DNA of 64,000 nucleotides from Planctomycetota bacterium. GTDB lineage: Bacteria > Planctomycetota > UBA1135. Shown here piece after piece: positions 1-8,689 of the stretch. The stretch's first letter is position 1, and each line of letters opens with the position of its first letter. The translations under genes and the position numbers were made by a program. Under the pieces are notes generated by a model. It saw only the letters and a program-made list of their open reading frames with translations. It ran no database searches and was not told where the DNA came from. The stretch covers positions 1 through 64,000 of the forward strand of contig JASFYO010000082.1 of the NCBI GenBank assembly GCA_045047305.1, in the 5' to 3' direction.

Positions 1-2
1 CC

Positions 3-356
3 TTCAATATCACCATTGAGGAGGCGTGGAGAATCTTGAACGAATCGCAGAAGGGTTTATCCGGCGTGGAAACTCACGCACGTCTTTCAATTACCCACTA
101 TAAGGGCAAGACCGAAGTTGCTGCAGTGACTAGCGAGCCTCTGGAAGGTGTGAAGGGCGGCGAAAACGGCGTGGTGATTTTCAAACTACTGCGCAATGCG
201 GCCGAAGCTCCTGACCGCGGCAAGGTTTGCATTGTGGGGCGTAATCCAGAAGCCATCTGGTTCGATGGTTTTGAAGATCGCGTAATCTACGATGAAGCGG
301 GCCTGTTTGATTACGTTCGCGTAGAGAAAACACCAAGCGGCAGCCTTTCGGTTTAG
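3..356 (+). CDS. C-terminal part of a KamA-family (lysine 2,3-aminomutase-like) radical SAM protein, 5' end outside window
   Basis: Frame is open from the window edge: FNITIEEAWRILNESQKGLSGVETHARLSITHYKGKTEV...NPEAIWFD resembles the KamA-family tail (F.V..EEA..I......SG....R..MSH..GK.E). The CxxxCxxC motif is not visible here. Confidence 0.6.
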   Translation, partial: FNITIEEAWRILNESQKGLSGVETHARLSITHYKGKTEVAAVTSEPLEGVKGGENGVVIFKLLRNAAEAPDRGKVCIVGRNPEAIWFDGFEDRVIYDEAGLFDYVRVEKTPSGSLSV

Positions 357-360
357 CGCC

Positions 361-1071
361 ATGATTAACAAAGAGGTTTCTTCCGTTACCGAAGCCGTCT
401 CCGACATTTTCGATGGCGCGACGGTCATGATTGGCGGATTTGGTGAAGCCGGTAGTCCGATTGAGTTAATCCATGCCCTCATTGACCAGGGTGCCACTGG
501 ACTGACCGTAGTGAATAACAACACTGGAAGCGGCGAGGTTGGCCTTGCCGCTTTAATCAAAGCCGGGAGGGTCGCGAAAATGATTTGCTCCTATCCACGC
601 TCGATGAACTCGACCGTGTTCCCCCAGCTTTACCGCAGTGGTGCGATTGAGTTGGAACTCGTGCCGCAAGGAACCTTGGCTGAACGCATTCGTGCCGGCG
701 GCGCTGGCATTCCAGCTTTTTACACCGCAACTGCGGTGGGCACCATGCTCGCCGACGGCAAGGAATCGCGTGTGTTTGATGGTCAGGAGTTTGTCATGGA
801 ACGCGGTCTCAAGGCCGACTTTTCGCTGATCAAAAGCTTGAAGGCCGATACCTACGGCAACTTGATCTTCAACAAAACCGCGCGCAACTTTGCACCGGCA
901 ATGGCCATGGCAGGTGCCATCACTATTGTGCAAACCGCAAGCGTTGTGGCGCCAGGCGAGATAGATCCCGAGGTTGTGGTCACGCCTGGCATTTTTGTGA
1001 ACCGCGTAGTGCAAGTGCAAAACCCAGAACATGAATCCGTACTGGTTGCGGCGGGAGTCACCTACCCATGA
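361..1071 (+). CDS. pcaI: 3-oxoacid CoA-transferase subunit A (3-oxoadipate CoA-transferase type)
   Basis: DGATVMIGGFGEAG, NNNTG, ELELVPQGTLAERIRAGGAGIPAFYT, KTARNF, VVTPGIFV motifs. Confidence 0.85.
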   Translation: MINKEVSSVTEAVSDIFDGATVMIGGFGEAGSPIELIHALIDQGATGLTVVNNNTGSGEVGLAALIKAGRVAKMICSYPRSMNSTVFPQLYRSGAIELELVPQGTLAERIRAGGAGIPAFYTATAVGTMLADGKESRVFDGQEFVMERGLKADFSLIKSLKADTYGNLIFNKTARNFAPAMAMAGAITIVQTASVVAPGEIDPEVVVTPGIFVNRVVQVQNPEHESVLVAAGVTYP

Positions 1072-1742
1072 AATCGGAAACAACAACTGTTGGATTAACC
1101 CGCGATGAAATGGCGCAACGTGTTGCCATGGACATTCCTGATGGTTCCTACGTGAACCTCGGCATCGGTATTCCTGAGCGCATCACGCGCTTTGTGCCGC
1201 CAGGTCGCGAGTTTATTTACCACACTGAAAACGGTTTGTTGGGCATGGGACCTTCGCCTGCAGAGGGAGAAGGGGAGCCGGAACTGATTAACGCAGGTAA
1301 GCGTCAAGTCACCGCGATTCCTGGCGCGAGCTACTTCCAACACCCAGATAGCTTTGCCATGATTCGCGGCGGGCATCTGGACGTTTGTGTGCTTGGTGCC
1401 TTGCAGGTTGCGCAAAATGGTGATCTCGCAAACTGGTCCACCGGCGGTCCCGACGCCATTCCAGCGGTTGGCGGTGCAATGGATTTAGTTGCGGGAGTGA
1501 AATCGGTGTTTGTAGTCACGCAACATTGCACCAAGCACGGCGACCCAAAATTGATTGAGGCATGTACCTTCCCCTTAACCGGGATTGGTGTTGTCAGTCG
1601 AATTTACACCGACCTTGCGGTGATTGAAATTACTGCAGATGGTTTTCAACTAGTGGAGTTGAGCCCGGGCGTGTCTTTTGAATATGTAGCAGAACGCACC
1701 GGAGCTCCCTTGATTCCTATCCTTACTCCTTCTACAACTTAA
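1068..1742 (+). CDS. pcaJ: 3-oxoacid CoA-transferase subunit B
   Basis: YVNLGIGIP, catalytic-Glu motif HTENG, GDLANWSTG...AVGGAMDL; ATGA overlap with subunit A. Confidence 0.85.
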   Translation: MKSETTTVGLTRDEMAQRVAMDIPDGSYVNLGIGIPERITRFVPPGREFIYHTENGLLGMGPSPAEGEGEPELINAGKRQVTAIPGASYFQHPDSFAMIRGGHLDVCVLGALQVAQNGDLANWSTGGPDAIPAVGGAMDLVAGVKSVFVVTQHCTKHGDPKLIEACTFPLTGIGVVSRIYTDLAVIEITADGFQLVELSPGVSFEYVAERTGAPLIPILTPSTT

Positions 1743-1745
1743 TTC

Positions 1746-3056
1746 ATGACTAGCTCCGACACGACCTCTAAAAGCGCGGCCCTTTATCAACGTGCCTTGA
1801 AGACGCTTCCAGGTGGTGTCAGCCGGAATACGGTTTTGCGCAAACCGCATCCGCTTTATGCGGACCATGCCTCTGGTTTTACGGTGACCGATATCGAGGG
1901 CATGGAGCTCATCGATTTCTCGAATAACATGGCATCGCTTTTGCACGGTCATGCACATCCAGAAATCGTCGCTGCTGTCACTGCGCAACTGCAACGTGGC
2001 ACGGCATTCACCTTGGCAACGGAGGTCGAGGTCGAGTATGCCGAATACTTGTGTCAGCGTTGCCCATCGTTTGAGAAGTTGCGTTTCGTCAACTCCGGCA
2101 CCGAAGCCGTCATGGGGGCCTTGAAGGCGTCGCGTGCTTTTACTGGACGTCCGAAAATCGCAAAAGTCGAAGGGGCTTATCACGGCCTGTACGACTACGC
2201 CGAGGTCAGCCAGACTTCCAAGCCGGAAGTTTGGGGTAGTGTCGATAAGCCGCATAGCGTTCCAGTGGCATACGGAACACCAGCTTCTGCCCTGAACGAT
2301 GTCATCGTCATTCCATACAACGATGTCGATCGCGCCATTGCTATCTTGGAGGAACATAAAACCGACCTCGCTGCAATCCTGCTCGACGTCATGTCGCACC
2401 GCGTTGGCCTGATGAAAATCGAGCCTGATTTCATGATGGCGCTGCGCAAGTGGTCGGAAGAAAACGGTGTGTTGTTGGTTTTAGATGAAGTCGTCACCTT
2501 CCGCTCCGAATTCGCAGGTGCGCAATCTTGGTACGACTGCCAGCCGGACTTGACTGCCATCGGCAAAGCCATAGGTGGTGGTTTTCCAGTCGGCGCACTC
2601 GCCGGCCGCGCCGAGGTGATGGATGTCATGAATCCGCTCGCCGATAAGGTTTTGTTTCCACACTCCGGCACCTTCTCGGCGAACCCCATCACCATGACCG
2701 CCGGGTTCACTGCGATGAAACTCTTTGATGAAGCTGCCGTAAAGCGCCTCAATGCCTTAACTGAACGTCTCGTCAAAGGACTAGAAGCTGCAATTGCAAA
2801 GACCGGAATCAAAGCGTGTGTGACTGGCGGCGGCTCCATGTTCCGCGTGCACTTCAAAGAGCAGGCGCCGCGCAACTATCGCGAAGCTTATGCTTCTGCA
2901 GAGGAGAATCGTTTGGTGAATCTACAACTCGATCACATGTTCGCATCAGGTTTCATGATGATCAACACCTGCGCTGGAGTCCTCTCCACACCGATGGGCG
3001 AAACCGAGGTCGATGCTTTCGTAAGCGCGATGGAAGCTGGCTTCCGTAAGCTCTAA
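1746..3056 (+). CDS. Class III PLP aminotransferase, GSAM-like / beta-amino acid transaminase-like
   Basis: FVNSGTEA, GAYHG, LDEV, PDLTAIGKAIGGGFPVG (PLP Lys), HSGTFSANP; N-terminus PGGVSRNTVL differs from HemL PGGVNSPVRAF. Confidence 0.85.
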   Translation: MTSSDTTSKSAALYQRALKTLPGGVSRNTVLRKPHPLYADHASGFTVTDIEGMELIDFSNNMASLLHGHAHPEIVAAVTAQLQRGTAFTLATEVEVEYAEYLCQRCPSFEKLRFVNSGTEAVMGALKASRAFTGRPKIAKVEGAYHGLYDYAEVSQTSKPEVWGSVDKPHSVPVAYGTPASALNDVIVIPYNDVDRAIAILEEHKTDLAAILLDVMSHRVGLMKIEPDFMMALRKWSEENGVLLVLDEVVTFRSEFAGAQSWYDCQPDLTAIGKAIGGGFPVGALAGRAEVMDVMNPLADKVLFPHSGTFSANPITMTAGFTAMKLFDEAAVKRLNALTERLVKGLEAAIAKTGIKACVTGGGSMFRVHFKEQAPRNYREAYASAEENRLVNLQLDHMFASGFMMINTCAGVLSTPMGETEVDAFVSAMEAGFRKL

Positions 3057-3132
3057 GTGCGCGCCACCAGCTGTTTCTGGAAGCCGCTAGCCGATGGTTT
3101 GCCCCTGAACATCGCACAGTTACGATAGGCAC

Positions 3133-4116
3133 ATGATCATCGTCACAGGTGGCGCAGGCTTCATCGGCAGCAATTTGCTTGCCGCACTGGAAGGACGCGG
3201 AGATTTGGTCGTGGTCGATCATCTCGGCGACGGCGAAATGTGGAAGAACATTGCCAAACGAGATTTGGCCGATGTCATCCGCCCCAGTGACCTTCGCAGT
3301 TTCTTAGATGGAAGAAACGGAGATCAAGTACAGGCGGTCTTTCACATGGGTGCAATCTCTGCAACCACCGAGACCGATGTCGACCGCATTGTCGAGAATA
3401 ACATTCGTCTCAGCTTGGATTTATTTCGCTGGTGTAGTGTGCACAAGGCGCGCTTCATCTATGCATCGTCCGCCGCAACCTACGGCGATGGCTCCCAAGG
3501 TTTCTCCGACGACGATTCGCTCGACGCCCTCAGCAAACTTCGCCCGCTCAATGCATACGGTTGGAGCAAACACATGGTCGACCGACGCCTCGCCAAACTC
3601 TTGCGCGAAGGTGGAAGCCATCCACCACAATGTGTGGGCTTAAAGTTTTTCAATGTGTACGGGCCGAATGAATATCACAAAGGCTCGATGCGCAGCGTGG
3701 TGCATCAGCTCACGCCCAAGATCGAAGCGGGGGAGGCAGCCACGCTGTTCCGTTCCCATCATCCGGATTATGCAGATGGCGGCCAACTGCGCGACTTCAT
3801 CTACGTGAAGGATGTGGTCAAAGTCATGCTGTGGTTATTCGACCACCCTGAAGTTCAGGGCCTGTTCAATGTCGGCACTGGAAAGGCGCGTAGTTTTGCC
3901 GACCTCGCCAACGCAGTATTCGCCGCCTGCGATAAGCAGCCGAAGTTGCAGTTCATCGACACCCCAATCGAGATCCGCGATAAGTATCAGTACTTCACCA
4001 AAGCTGAAATGTCGAAGCTTGAGAATGCCGGATACGACGGCGGCTTCACTTCCTTAGAGGATGGGGTGAAGGATTATGTGCAGGCCTATTTGCAGAATGA
4101 AGACCCCTTTGTCTAA
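3133..4116 (+). CDS. hldD: ADP-L-glycero-D-manno-heptose 6-epimerase
   Basis: MIIVTGGAGFIGSN, FHMGAISATT, YASSAATYG, PLNAYGWSK, FFNVYGPNEYHKGSM, KYQYFTKA. Confidence 0.93.
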   Translation: MIIVTGGAGFIGSNLLAALEGRGDLVVVDHLGDGEMWKNIAKRDLADVIRPSDLRSFLDGRNGDQVQAVFHMGAISATTETDVDRIVENNIRLSLDLFRWCSVHKARFIYASSAATYGDGSQGFSDDDSLDALSKLRPLNAYGWSKHMVDRRLAKLLREGGSHPPQCVGLKFFNVYGPNEYHKGSMRSVVHQLTPKIEAGEAATLFRSHHPDYADGGQLRDFIYVKDVVKVMLWLFDHPEVQGLFNVGTGKARSFADLANAVFAACDKQPKLQFIDTPIEIRDKYQYFTKAEMSKLENAGYDGGFTSLEDGVKDYVQAYLQNEDPFV

Positions 4117-4166
4117 GCAAGGATGATTTTTAGTCACAAGTCTGCTGGATTGCCGAATATTGAGCT

Positions 4167-4571
4167 ATGAGCCTTAGTAAAACTCAAACCCGCATTTCTT
4201 TCATAGCTCAAGGCATCGTTGCCGTGATTTTGGGGCAGACTTTATTTTTCAAGCTTAGTGGCGCCGAAGAAGCGGTTGCAATATTTTCGAAGCTAGGGGT
4301 GGAGCCTTATGGGCGCATAGGATTGGGCGTTTTGGAGCTTTTTAATGTGGTGCTTATCCTCTTGCCACGCTCCGCTGCCTTTGGTGGAACCATGACGGTT
4401 GGCCTTATGCTCGGTGCTGTAGGTTCCCACTTGGGACCTTTAGGCATCAATGTAAATGGAGATGGTGGTCAGCTCTTTGCCATGGCGGTAGTTGCCCTAC
4501 TCGCCGGAGCAACGGTTGCCTGGTTGCGCCGCGAGCAATTGCCTGTGGTGGGCGCTTGGTTTCGAGGTTAA
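4167..4571 (+). CDS. DoxX-like membrane protein
   Basis: Four hydrophobic segments; ILGQTLFFK, GVEPYGRIGLG, AVGSHL, DGGQLF. Confidence 0.7.
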   Translation: MSLSKTQTRISFIAQGIVAVILGQTLFFKLSGAEEAVAIFSKLGVEPYGRIGLGVLELFNVVLILLPRSAAFGGTMTVGLMLGAVGSHLGPLGINVNGDGGQLFAMAVVALLAGATVAWLRREQLPVVGAWFRG

Positions 4572-4572
4572 C

Positions 4573-4884
4573 TCAATCGAAGCTCAGATCATCTTTTCGC
4601 ACCGTCATCAAAACTGGCTCAAAGGATTCTTCAATCGCCTCACGCATTTGCGCCGAGGCGATTTTGTCGATGGAGTCCCTTCGCTGCATGGCCTCCCAGG
4701 TTTTACGATCGGGCCATTGCGCATAAGCTGCCCAAGTGCCGTCTTCCACTTGATGCAGCCGCGAGCCTAATCCGCCACACTCTTGCTTGATGAGTTCGGT
4801 CATCTTTGCCCAGGCCTTGCCAAAGGACTCTTCACTGCCAGCTTTTAAGCGCCAGCGGTAGAGGACCGCAAAGCCAACTTTCAC
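4573..4884 (-). CDS. Antibiotic biosynthesis monooxygenase (ABM) domain protein
   Basis: FAVLYRWRLKAGSEESF..AW, GGLGSRLH, AYAQWP; start overlaps the stop of the upstream GT2 gene. Confidence 0.7.
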   Translation of the reverse strand: MKVGFAVLYRWRLKAGSEESFGKAWAKMTELIKQECGGLGSRLHQVEDGTWAAYAQWPDRKTWEAMQRRDSIDKIASAQMREAIEESFEPVLMTVRKDDLSFD

Positions 4885-5828
4885 GCGTCCATGCCACGGC
4901 GGCGGACCACGTAAATCGGGCGCTGCTTCACTTCCTGATAGATCCGTCCGACGTATTCACCCACAATGCCAATGCCGAACATGGTGGTACCACCAATTAA
5001 AATCATGAGCGCAGTGAGGTAGGAGATATCGTTGCCCATGTGCAGCATGTTGGTCCAGTTGCCGACCAGCAAGAACGCAGCGGCGAGGATGGAGAATCCA
5101 ATCGCGAACATGCCGAGAATCATCAGCAAACGCAGTGGGAATACCGAAAACGCGAGCAAGCCTTCGATTGCGATTCCAGACAGAATCCAAAAGTTGGTTT
5201 TCTCTTCACCGGCAGCACGACCGGGACGGTCAAAGGCAATGCCGTCTTGCTTAAATCCGACAAAGGCGCGCAAACCAGGGACGAAGCGTCCGCGCTCGCG
5301 CATGGAGCAAAGCGCATTCACTACATCGCGGCGCATCAGGCAGAAGTTTCCGGCGTCGAGCGGTACGTGAATGTAGGCAGTCCGTCTCCACAGGCGGTAG
5401 AAGATTTTCATCGAGGTGCGCTTGATGAAACCTTCTTTATCACGTTTTAGGCGTTGGCCATAAACCACATCTAGATCTTCAGCGGACAACTTCTTGTAGA
5501 AGTCTTCGATCATGGCAGGTGGGTCTTGTAGATCGCCATCCATCAGGACTACAAACTCGCCGTCGGCAAAATCTAATCCGCAGGCCACGGCGCCGGAGTG
5601 TCCGAAGTTGCGCGACAAAGAGAGATACTTGTAGCGGGCATCTTCTGCATGCAGCTTTTCTAGCAAGGCTAAGGAACCATCGCTGGAGCCGTTCTCTACC
5701 CAGATGACTTCCCAAGATTCTTCGCCCATTTTGGCAAAGGTCGCCTTGAGCCGCTCGGCAAGAGCAACAATGTTCGGTTCCTCGTCATAAGACGGGATGA
5801 CGACGGAGAAGCGGGGGTGTTCGCTCAT
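4881..5828 (-). CDS. GT2 polyisoprenyl-phosphate glycosyltransferase (GtrB/ArnC-like)
   Basis: SVVIPSYDE, LSRNFGH, MDGDLQDPP, two C-terminal TM helices, GEYVGRIYQEVKQRP; start taken at MSEHPRF. Confidence 0.9.
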   Translation of the reverse strand: MSEHPRFSVVIPSYDEEPNIVALAERLKATFAKMGEESWEVIWVENGSSDGSLALLEKLHAEDARYKYLSLSRNFGHSGAVACGLDFADGEFVVLMDGDLQDPPAMIEDFYKKLSAEDLDVVYGQRLKRDKEGFIKRTSMKIFYRLWRRTAYIHVPLDAGNFCLMRRDVVNALCSMRERGRFVPGLRAFVGFKQDGIAFDRPGRAAGEEKTNFWILSGIAIEGLLAFSVFPLRLLMILGMFAIGFSILAAAFLLVGNWTNMLHMGNDISYLTALMILIGGTTMFGIGIVGEYVGRIYQEVKQRPIYVVRRRGMDA

Positions 5829-5838
5829 GAAACCCAGC

Positions 5839-6789
5839 CTAACTTTGCGCCGAGGCCTCGCGAGCCGCTTCAACCATTTTGCCGAGACCTTCGTCCAAGC
5901 CCATGGTTGGAACCCAACCTAGCAAGCGTTCTGCCTTTGAGATATCTGCTACGCAACGCTGGCTCTCGCCGTCGCGCATCTGCATCGCGCCAAAGTTCGG
6001 TTGTCCACCGCCTCCATGACGACAAACCGTTTCTACGACTTCGCGTACTGGGGTTTCAATTCCAGCGCCAAGGTTGATGATTTCTCCATCGACGCCTTCG
6101 GCTACAGCGGCAGCCAAGATTCCGTCGACCAGGTCATCGACCCAAAGGAAATCGCGGGTCTGTTTGCCTTCGGTAGTGTCGAAAGCTTGGTCGGCGAAAG
6201 CCATGCGGATGAGGAACGGGATTAAGCCGCGTTCTTGGCCGATTCCGTAAATCACGAAAGGACGCACGATGCAGACCGGCACCTTTTCATAATCCGCAAG
6301 CATTTTTAGATGATGGGTGGTCGCAACTTTGCCCACCGAATACGCCGATACCGGGTCCTCGCGCATATCTTCGGTGAACGGAACCGCGTTGTTGCCGTAC
6401 TCCTCGTTGCTGCCGCAATGCACCCAACGTTTGAGCGACGGGCCATCCAAAATTGCGCGGCCTAGATGACGGGCTGCAGCGAAATGTGATTCCGCCATGG
6501 CATCGTCATTGTCGCGACTGTGCGATTGATCGGTGCGGCCGGAAAGATCGAGCACGTAGGCGGGATCGTAGTCGCGGATGGCCTGCTGAATGGCTGGATT
6601 TGCCACCGGCCCCTCAAATATTTGCACTTCTAACCCTTTCAGCGGCTCCACATAAGAAGTTTGTATCGCGACTTCACAACCGATTTCAATCAGGTGCGGA
6701 ATCAGGCGAGATGCAATGTAGCCGCCGCCGCCGACGACGAGAATGCGTCCTTCAGCGAGGGGAGTGAGATCGGGGAGTGATGCAGCCAT
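5839..6789 (-). CDS. NAD-dependent nucleotide-sugar epimerase/reductase (extended SDR)
   Basis: GGGGYIA, YSVGK (YxxxK), RPFVIYG, QTRDFLWVDD; start at MAASLP because the longer ORF overlaps rfbF. Confidence 0.85.
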   Translation of the reverse strand: MAASLPDLTPLAEGRILVVGGGGYIASRLIPHLIEIGCEVAIQTSYVEPLKGLEVQIFEGPVANPAIQQAIRDYDPAYVLDLSGRTDQSHSRDNDDAMAESHFAAARHLGRAILDGPSLKRWVHCGSNEEYGNNAVPFTEDMREDPVSAYSVGKVATTHHLKMLADYEKVPVCIVRPFVIYGIGQERGLIPFLIRMAFADQAFDTTEGKQTRDFLWVDDLVDGILAAAVAEGVDGEIINLGAGIETPVREVVETVCRHGGGGQPNFGAMQMRDGESQRCVADISKAERLLGWVPTMGLDEGLGKMVEAAREASAQS

Positions 6790-6828
6790 GGTAGTCCTAG
6801 ACAGGGTAGGCACGCATATACTACCGCC

Positions 6829-7608
6829 ATGCAGGTTGCCATCCTTTGCGGCGGCCGCGGCACCCGAATCCAGGGTGAAGTGGCGAATGTTCCGAAACCC
6901 ATGGTTCCAATCGGTGGATTCCCCATCGTTTGGCACATCATGAAGACCTACAGCCATTTTGGGCACCGGGAGTTCATCCCGTGTCTGGGCTACCGCTCCT
7001 GGGATTTTAAGGAGTACTTCATGAACTATCGCGCCAAAATGGCCGATGTCACCGTTCGGCTCGGCGATAACACCATTCAAACGCACGCGCATGAAGCGGA
7101 AGATGAAAAGGATTGGGTGCTGCATCTTGCCGAAACTGGGTTAGATGCGCTCACCGGTGCTCGGGTGCAGCGGATTAAAAAGTACATCACCGACGATGTT
7201 TTCATGCTGACTTACGGTGACGGCCTAGCCGATATCGATATCAACAAATTGGTTGAGTTTCATAAGTCGCATGGCAAGATTGCGACTCTGACTGCAGTGC
7301 GTCCGCCAAGTCGTTTCGGTGACTTAGATATCGTCGATGGCCAGATTACAGCTTTCAAAGAGAAGCTTGATGTCGGGCAGGGTGCCATCAACGGTGGTTA
7401 CTTCGTATTGAACCGCGAAGTCTTCGACTACCTAGATGATCGCGAAGACCTCACCTTCGAGCAAGAACCCTTACGCAACCTTGCTGCCGATGGCCAGCTC
7501 ATGGCTTTCCAGCACGAGGGCTTTTGGCTGCCGATGGACACCTTCCGCGAGTGGAACATGCTCGAGAAGATGTGGACCGGCGGTAAGGCTCCGTGGAAGG
7601 TTTGGTAA
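6829..7608 (+). CDS. rfbF: Glucose-1-phosphate cytidylyltransferase
   Basis: ILCGGRGTRI, PKPMVPIGG, WHIMKTYSH, FMLTYGDG, INGGYFV, FEQEPL, GFWLPMDT, APWKVW. Confidence 0.92.
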   Translation: MQVAILCGGRGTRIQGEVANVPKPMVPIGGFPIVWHIMKTYSHFGHREFIPCLGYRSWDFKEYFMNYRAKMADVTVRLGDNTIQTHAHEAEDEKDWVLHLAETGLDALTGARVQRIKKYITDDVFMLTYGDGLADIDINKLVEFHKSHGKIATLTAVRPPSRFGDLDIVDGQITAFKEKLDVGQGAINGGYFVLNREVFDYLDDREDLTFEQEPLRNLAADGQLMAFQHEGFWLPMDTFREWNMLEKMWTGGKAPWKVW

Positions 7609-7625
7609 CTCTTTCCTGAACATGA

Positions 7626-7667
7626 AAAGCTCCCAGACCCTAATTGGGTTCTGGGAGCTTTGCTTTT
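7626..7667 (+). terminator. Intrinsic terminator after rfbF
   Basis: AAAGCTCCCAGA...TCTGGGAGCTTT stem followed by GCTTTT. Confidence 0.7.
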
Positions 7668-7786
7668 AGCGGCGCCATCGATGGGCTCGAAGACGCAGTG
7701 AATCGAAAGGGCTGGTAAAGGCTATACGCCAGACTTTAGGGAACAATCCATCCAACTGGATTACTGAGGCGCAGAGAGATGAAGGC

Positions 7787-7828
7787 AAAAGAGAAAGGGG
7801 AGTGGGGCCTATCAGCCTCACTCCCCTT
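7787..7828 (-). terminator. Intrinsic terminator ending the Czc-type operon
   Basis: AAGGGGAGTGGGGC-N6-GCCTCACTCCCCTT inverted repeat with an A-rich run on its left (U-rich on the minus strand), 25 nt after the stop at 7853. Confidence 0.7.
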
Positions 7829-7852
7829 AAGGGGCTACGTTTTTGAATGCAC

Positions 7853-8689
7853 TTACTTGCAGTCAGCGCACTCTTCGCCAGCAGCACAATCCGCGCACTC
7901 AACAGCAGCTTTCGTTTCCATGCTTGCCTTGGCTGCATTGCCAGACAAGAACTTCGCTGGATCCTGCATGAACTTCAAGGTGCAAGCCTCACAGCAAAAG
8001 AAGTAACGCTTGGATCCGATGGTCGCAAAGTGCGAGCGATTCACTGGCTTACCTGGCATGACCAAGCAGTCGGCGGAGGCGTACTCGACAACCATGTTCT
8101 TCTCTTCGAGCTTGGCAAAGAATGTAGCAGGATCCGCTTCTGCCTTACCTACGCACTTCGGGCAGCAAGCGCCAGCGTTGAAGCCTTCGAGCACAAAGGC
8201 TTCTTCGGGATCCAACTCTTTACCGCTGTAGGCGCATGCATTTTGTACGTGGCGCCCTTCCATGACATCTAAGTATTTAGCAGGGTCCGCCTTCACTTTC
8301 TTAGCGCATTTTTTACAACAGGTGTAGATAGTCTTGTTGTAGACCTTGACGAAAGTGTCGTGGTCTTCCAACACTTCGCCGGAAACAGGGCAAGTCGTTT
8401 GGATATTCTCCAATGCCACACCCTTTTGGTACATGGCTAAAGCGATCTGCTCTGGCTTCTTTGCAACCTTCTTAGCACACTTTTTACAGCAGGTGTAAAT
8501 GCGATGGCCTTCGTAGTCGATGTACGCATCGTGGTCTTCCAGCTCTTCGCCGGAGATGGGGCAGGTGGTTTGCGCGACCAAAGTTGGAGCAACCTTCATG
8601 GTTTGCTTTGGTGCGGATTTAGTTTCTTCCTGAGCTGATAGTGGGGCGGCAGCAAAGGTTAACGCGAGAAGAGTGAGTAACGTTTTCAT
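7853..8689 (-). CDS. Exported protein with four YHS/TRASH-like metal-binding repeats (copy 1)
   Basis: Signal peptide (APLSA-Q); repeats of C-P-x-S-G...Y-x-C-C-x-x-C...DP; tail ECADCAAGEECADCK. Confidence 0.8.
   Translation of the reverse strand: MKTLLTLLALTFAAAPLSAQEETKSAPKQTMKVAPTLVAQTTCPISGEELEDHDAYIDYEGHRIYTCCKKCAKKVAKKPEQIALAMYQKGVALENIQTTCPVSGEVLEDHDTFVKVYNKTIYTCCKKCAKKVKADPAKYLDVMEGRHVQNACAYSGKELDPEEAFVLEGFNAGACCPKCVGKAEADPATFFAKLEEKNMVVEYASADCLVMPGKPVNRSHFATIGSKRYFFCCEACTLKFMQDPAKFLSGNAAKASMETKAAVECADCAAGEECADCK

Noticed and set aside
1746..3056. Calling the aminotransferase hemL
   Set aside because: It lacks the HemL PGGVNSPVRAF signature and has no tetrapyrrole gene context.
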